From: Patescibacteria group bacterium
GTDB taxonomy: Bacteria > Patescibacteriota > Patescibacteriia > Patescibacteriales > UBA12465
Assembly: GCA_041651355.1 (NCBI GenBank)
Contig: JBAZJK010000001.1
Span: 357,883-421,882 of the forward strand
Reading direction: 5' to 3'
DNA: 64,000 nucleotides
Under the pieces are notes generated by a model. It did not search any database, was not told the DNA's origin, and worked only from the letters and a program-made list of their open reading frames with translations. Below are positions 62,870-64,000 of this stretch, piece by piece. Every line of letters begins with the position of its first letter. Within the stretch, counting starts at the first letter, position 1. Made by a program: the position numbers and the translations under genes.

Positions 62870-64000
62870 CTAGGTCCGCGGGATGCGCATTTTATAGAAA
62901 GAACGATAGACAAAATAAAGGGCCAAGAGGAAAAAAGCCAGGCCGATATAAGGAGCAGTTGACCGGAAAGCGGCCGATATAGCTATTTCCATAGCTAGCA
63001 AACCAAAAAGGGTCGTGAATTTAATGATCGGATTCATGGCAACCGAAGAGGTGTCCTTAAAAGGGTCGCCGACCGTATCCCCGATAATCGTGGCATCATG
63101 CAACTGGCTGCCTTTTTCTTTTAAATCAACCTCAACCACTTTTTTGCTGTTATCCCAGCAGCCGCCGGAATTAGCCATAAAAACAGACTGAATTAAACCA
63201 AAAACGGCCACAGATATCAAATAGGAGACGAAGAAGGCAGCAGCTTCGACGGAAAAGGCCGAAATAAAAGGTATAGCCAAAGTAAAAGAGAAGAGGGCTA
63301 AGAAGATATTCCACATGCCTTTTTGGGCGTATTGGGTACAAATCTTCACCACTTCTTTGGAGTTTTCCGTTGAGGCTTTCAAATCTGCTTCCGGATCCAG
63401 ATTGATATGTTTCTTGATGTAGGCTACAGCTTTATAGGCGCCAACTGAAACCGCCTGGATAGAAGCGCCGCTGAACCAGAAGATAACCATCCCGCCCATC
63501 AGGAAGCCGAAGATAGTCCAAGGATTCAAGATGTGCAGAATAGACTCCGGCTCAACCCCTAAAACATTCTTGATTACGAGGATGATAGAAAAAATCATGG
63601 TCGTAGCCCCTACGACAGCCGTACCGATCAATACCGGCTTAGCCGTTGCCTTAAAGGTGTTGCCAGCGCCATCGTTTGATTCCAGAAGATACTTAGCCTG
63701 CTCAAAATTGGGATCAAAACCAAAATTTTCCCTAATATCTTTGGTGCTAAAGTCTATATCCTCTTCGATGAGCGATAGCTCGTAAACTGATTGAGCATTG
63801 TCAGTTACCGGTCCATAGCTGTCAACCGCGATTGTCACTGGCCCCATGCCTAAGAAACCAAAAGCTACTAAACCGAAACCGCAGACAACGGGATAGATCA
63901 TGAATTGACCCAAACCAATGACGGCCAGGATAAAAGCGATGAACATAAGTAATAAAAAGACTAAACCTTGCCAGAAAGAACTGAAAAATCCGGCTACTAG
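62870..64000 (-). CDS. hppA: Membrane-bound H+/Na+-translocating pyrophosphatase, C-terminal part (N-terminus outside the window)
   Basis: Motifs are GDTVGDPFKDTSSVAMNPIIKFTTLF and DNAGGCWDN-like SGGCWDNSKK. The reading frame stays open from 63946 to 64000. Confidence 0.85.
   Translation of the reverse strand, partial: LVAGFFSSFWQGLVFLLLMFIAFILAVIGLGQFMIYPVVCGFGLVAFGFLGMGPVTIAVDSYGPVTDNAQSVYELSLIEEDIDFSTKDIRENFGFDPNFEQAKYLLESNDGAGNTFKATAKPVLIGTAVVGATTMIFSIILVIKNVLGVEPESILHILNPWTIFGFLMGGMVIFWFSGASIQAVSVGAYKAVAYIKKHINLDPEADLKASTENSKEVVKICTQYAQKGMWNIFLALFSFTLAIPFISAFSVEAAAFFVSYLISVAVFGLIQSVFMANSGGCWDNSKKVVEVDLKEKGSQLHDATIIGDTVGDPFKDTSSVAMNPIIKFTTLFGLLAMEIAISAAFRSTAPYIGLAFFLLALYFVYRSFYKMRIPRT

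Noticed and set aside
1-64000. CRISPR arrays, rRNA genes and IS-type terminal inverted repeats
   Set aside because: I noticed no regularly spaced short direct repeats, no rRNA-like conserved blocks and no transposase ORFs while reading either strand.

Overview
The window has two compositional halves. Positions 1 to about 33.5-36 kb are visibly AT-rich, strand-switching accessory DNA that reads as a stack of integrated mobile elements. It contains:
- a filamentous-phage-like (inovirus-like) structural gene string
- an HUH rolling-circle Rep
- two large serine recombinases (LSRs)
- free-standing HNH endonucleases
- an HNH restriction enzyme next to a fused C5 plus N4/N6 DNA methyltransferase
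- a DUF262-HNH protein
- several PD-(D/E)xK nuclease operons
- a Panacea-type toxin-antitoxin (TA) pair
- a 6.4-kb radical-SAM / Nudix / NDK-like / kinase / GT2 island, bracketed by ~160-bp direct repeats and a tRNA 3'-end fragment

From about 36 kb to the end the DNA is higher-GC core genome. It encodes RidA, GalU, a cellulose-synthase-like GT2, a P-type ATPase, two histidine kinase / response regulator / hemerythrin modules, a type IV pilus operon (pilB, pilC, five pilin-like genes and a major pilin), an ECF sigma with a membrane partner, a polysaccharide deacetylase and a partial H+-pyrophosphatase. This gene content is compatible with a small-genome uncultivated bacterium (an inference).

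RNA and regulatory calls are a SAM-I riboswitch at about 10126-10291, an unclassified terminator-containing leader at about 8633-8866, and several intrinsic terminators.

The strongest novelty signal is three paralogous copies (about 13054-13236, 20413-20590 and 22377-22580, all minus strand) of an unannotated, promoter-driven, ~140-nt structured RNA.
- It forms a nested long hairpin (P2-P3-P4) whose apical loop is complementary over 11-17 nt to the RNA's own 3' tail.
- The pairings are supported by compensatory changes between copies.
- Every single mismatch is G:U-compatible only on the minus strand.
- Two copies sit in front of the LSR genes.

No rRNA, intact tRNA or CRISPR array was seen. 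All calls come from reading the sequence and the ORF translations; no database search was possible.
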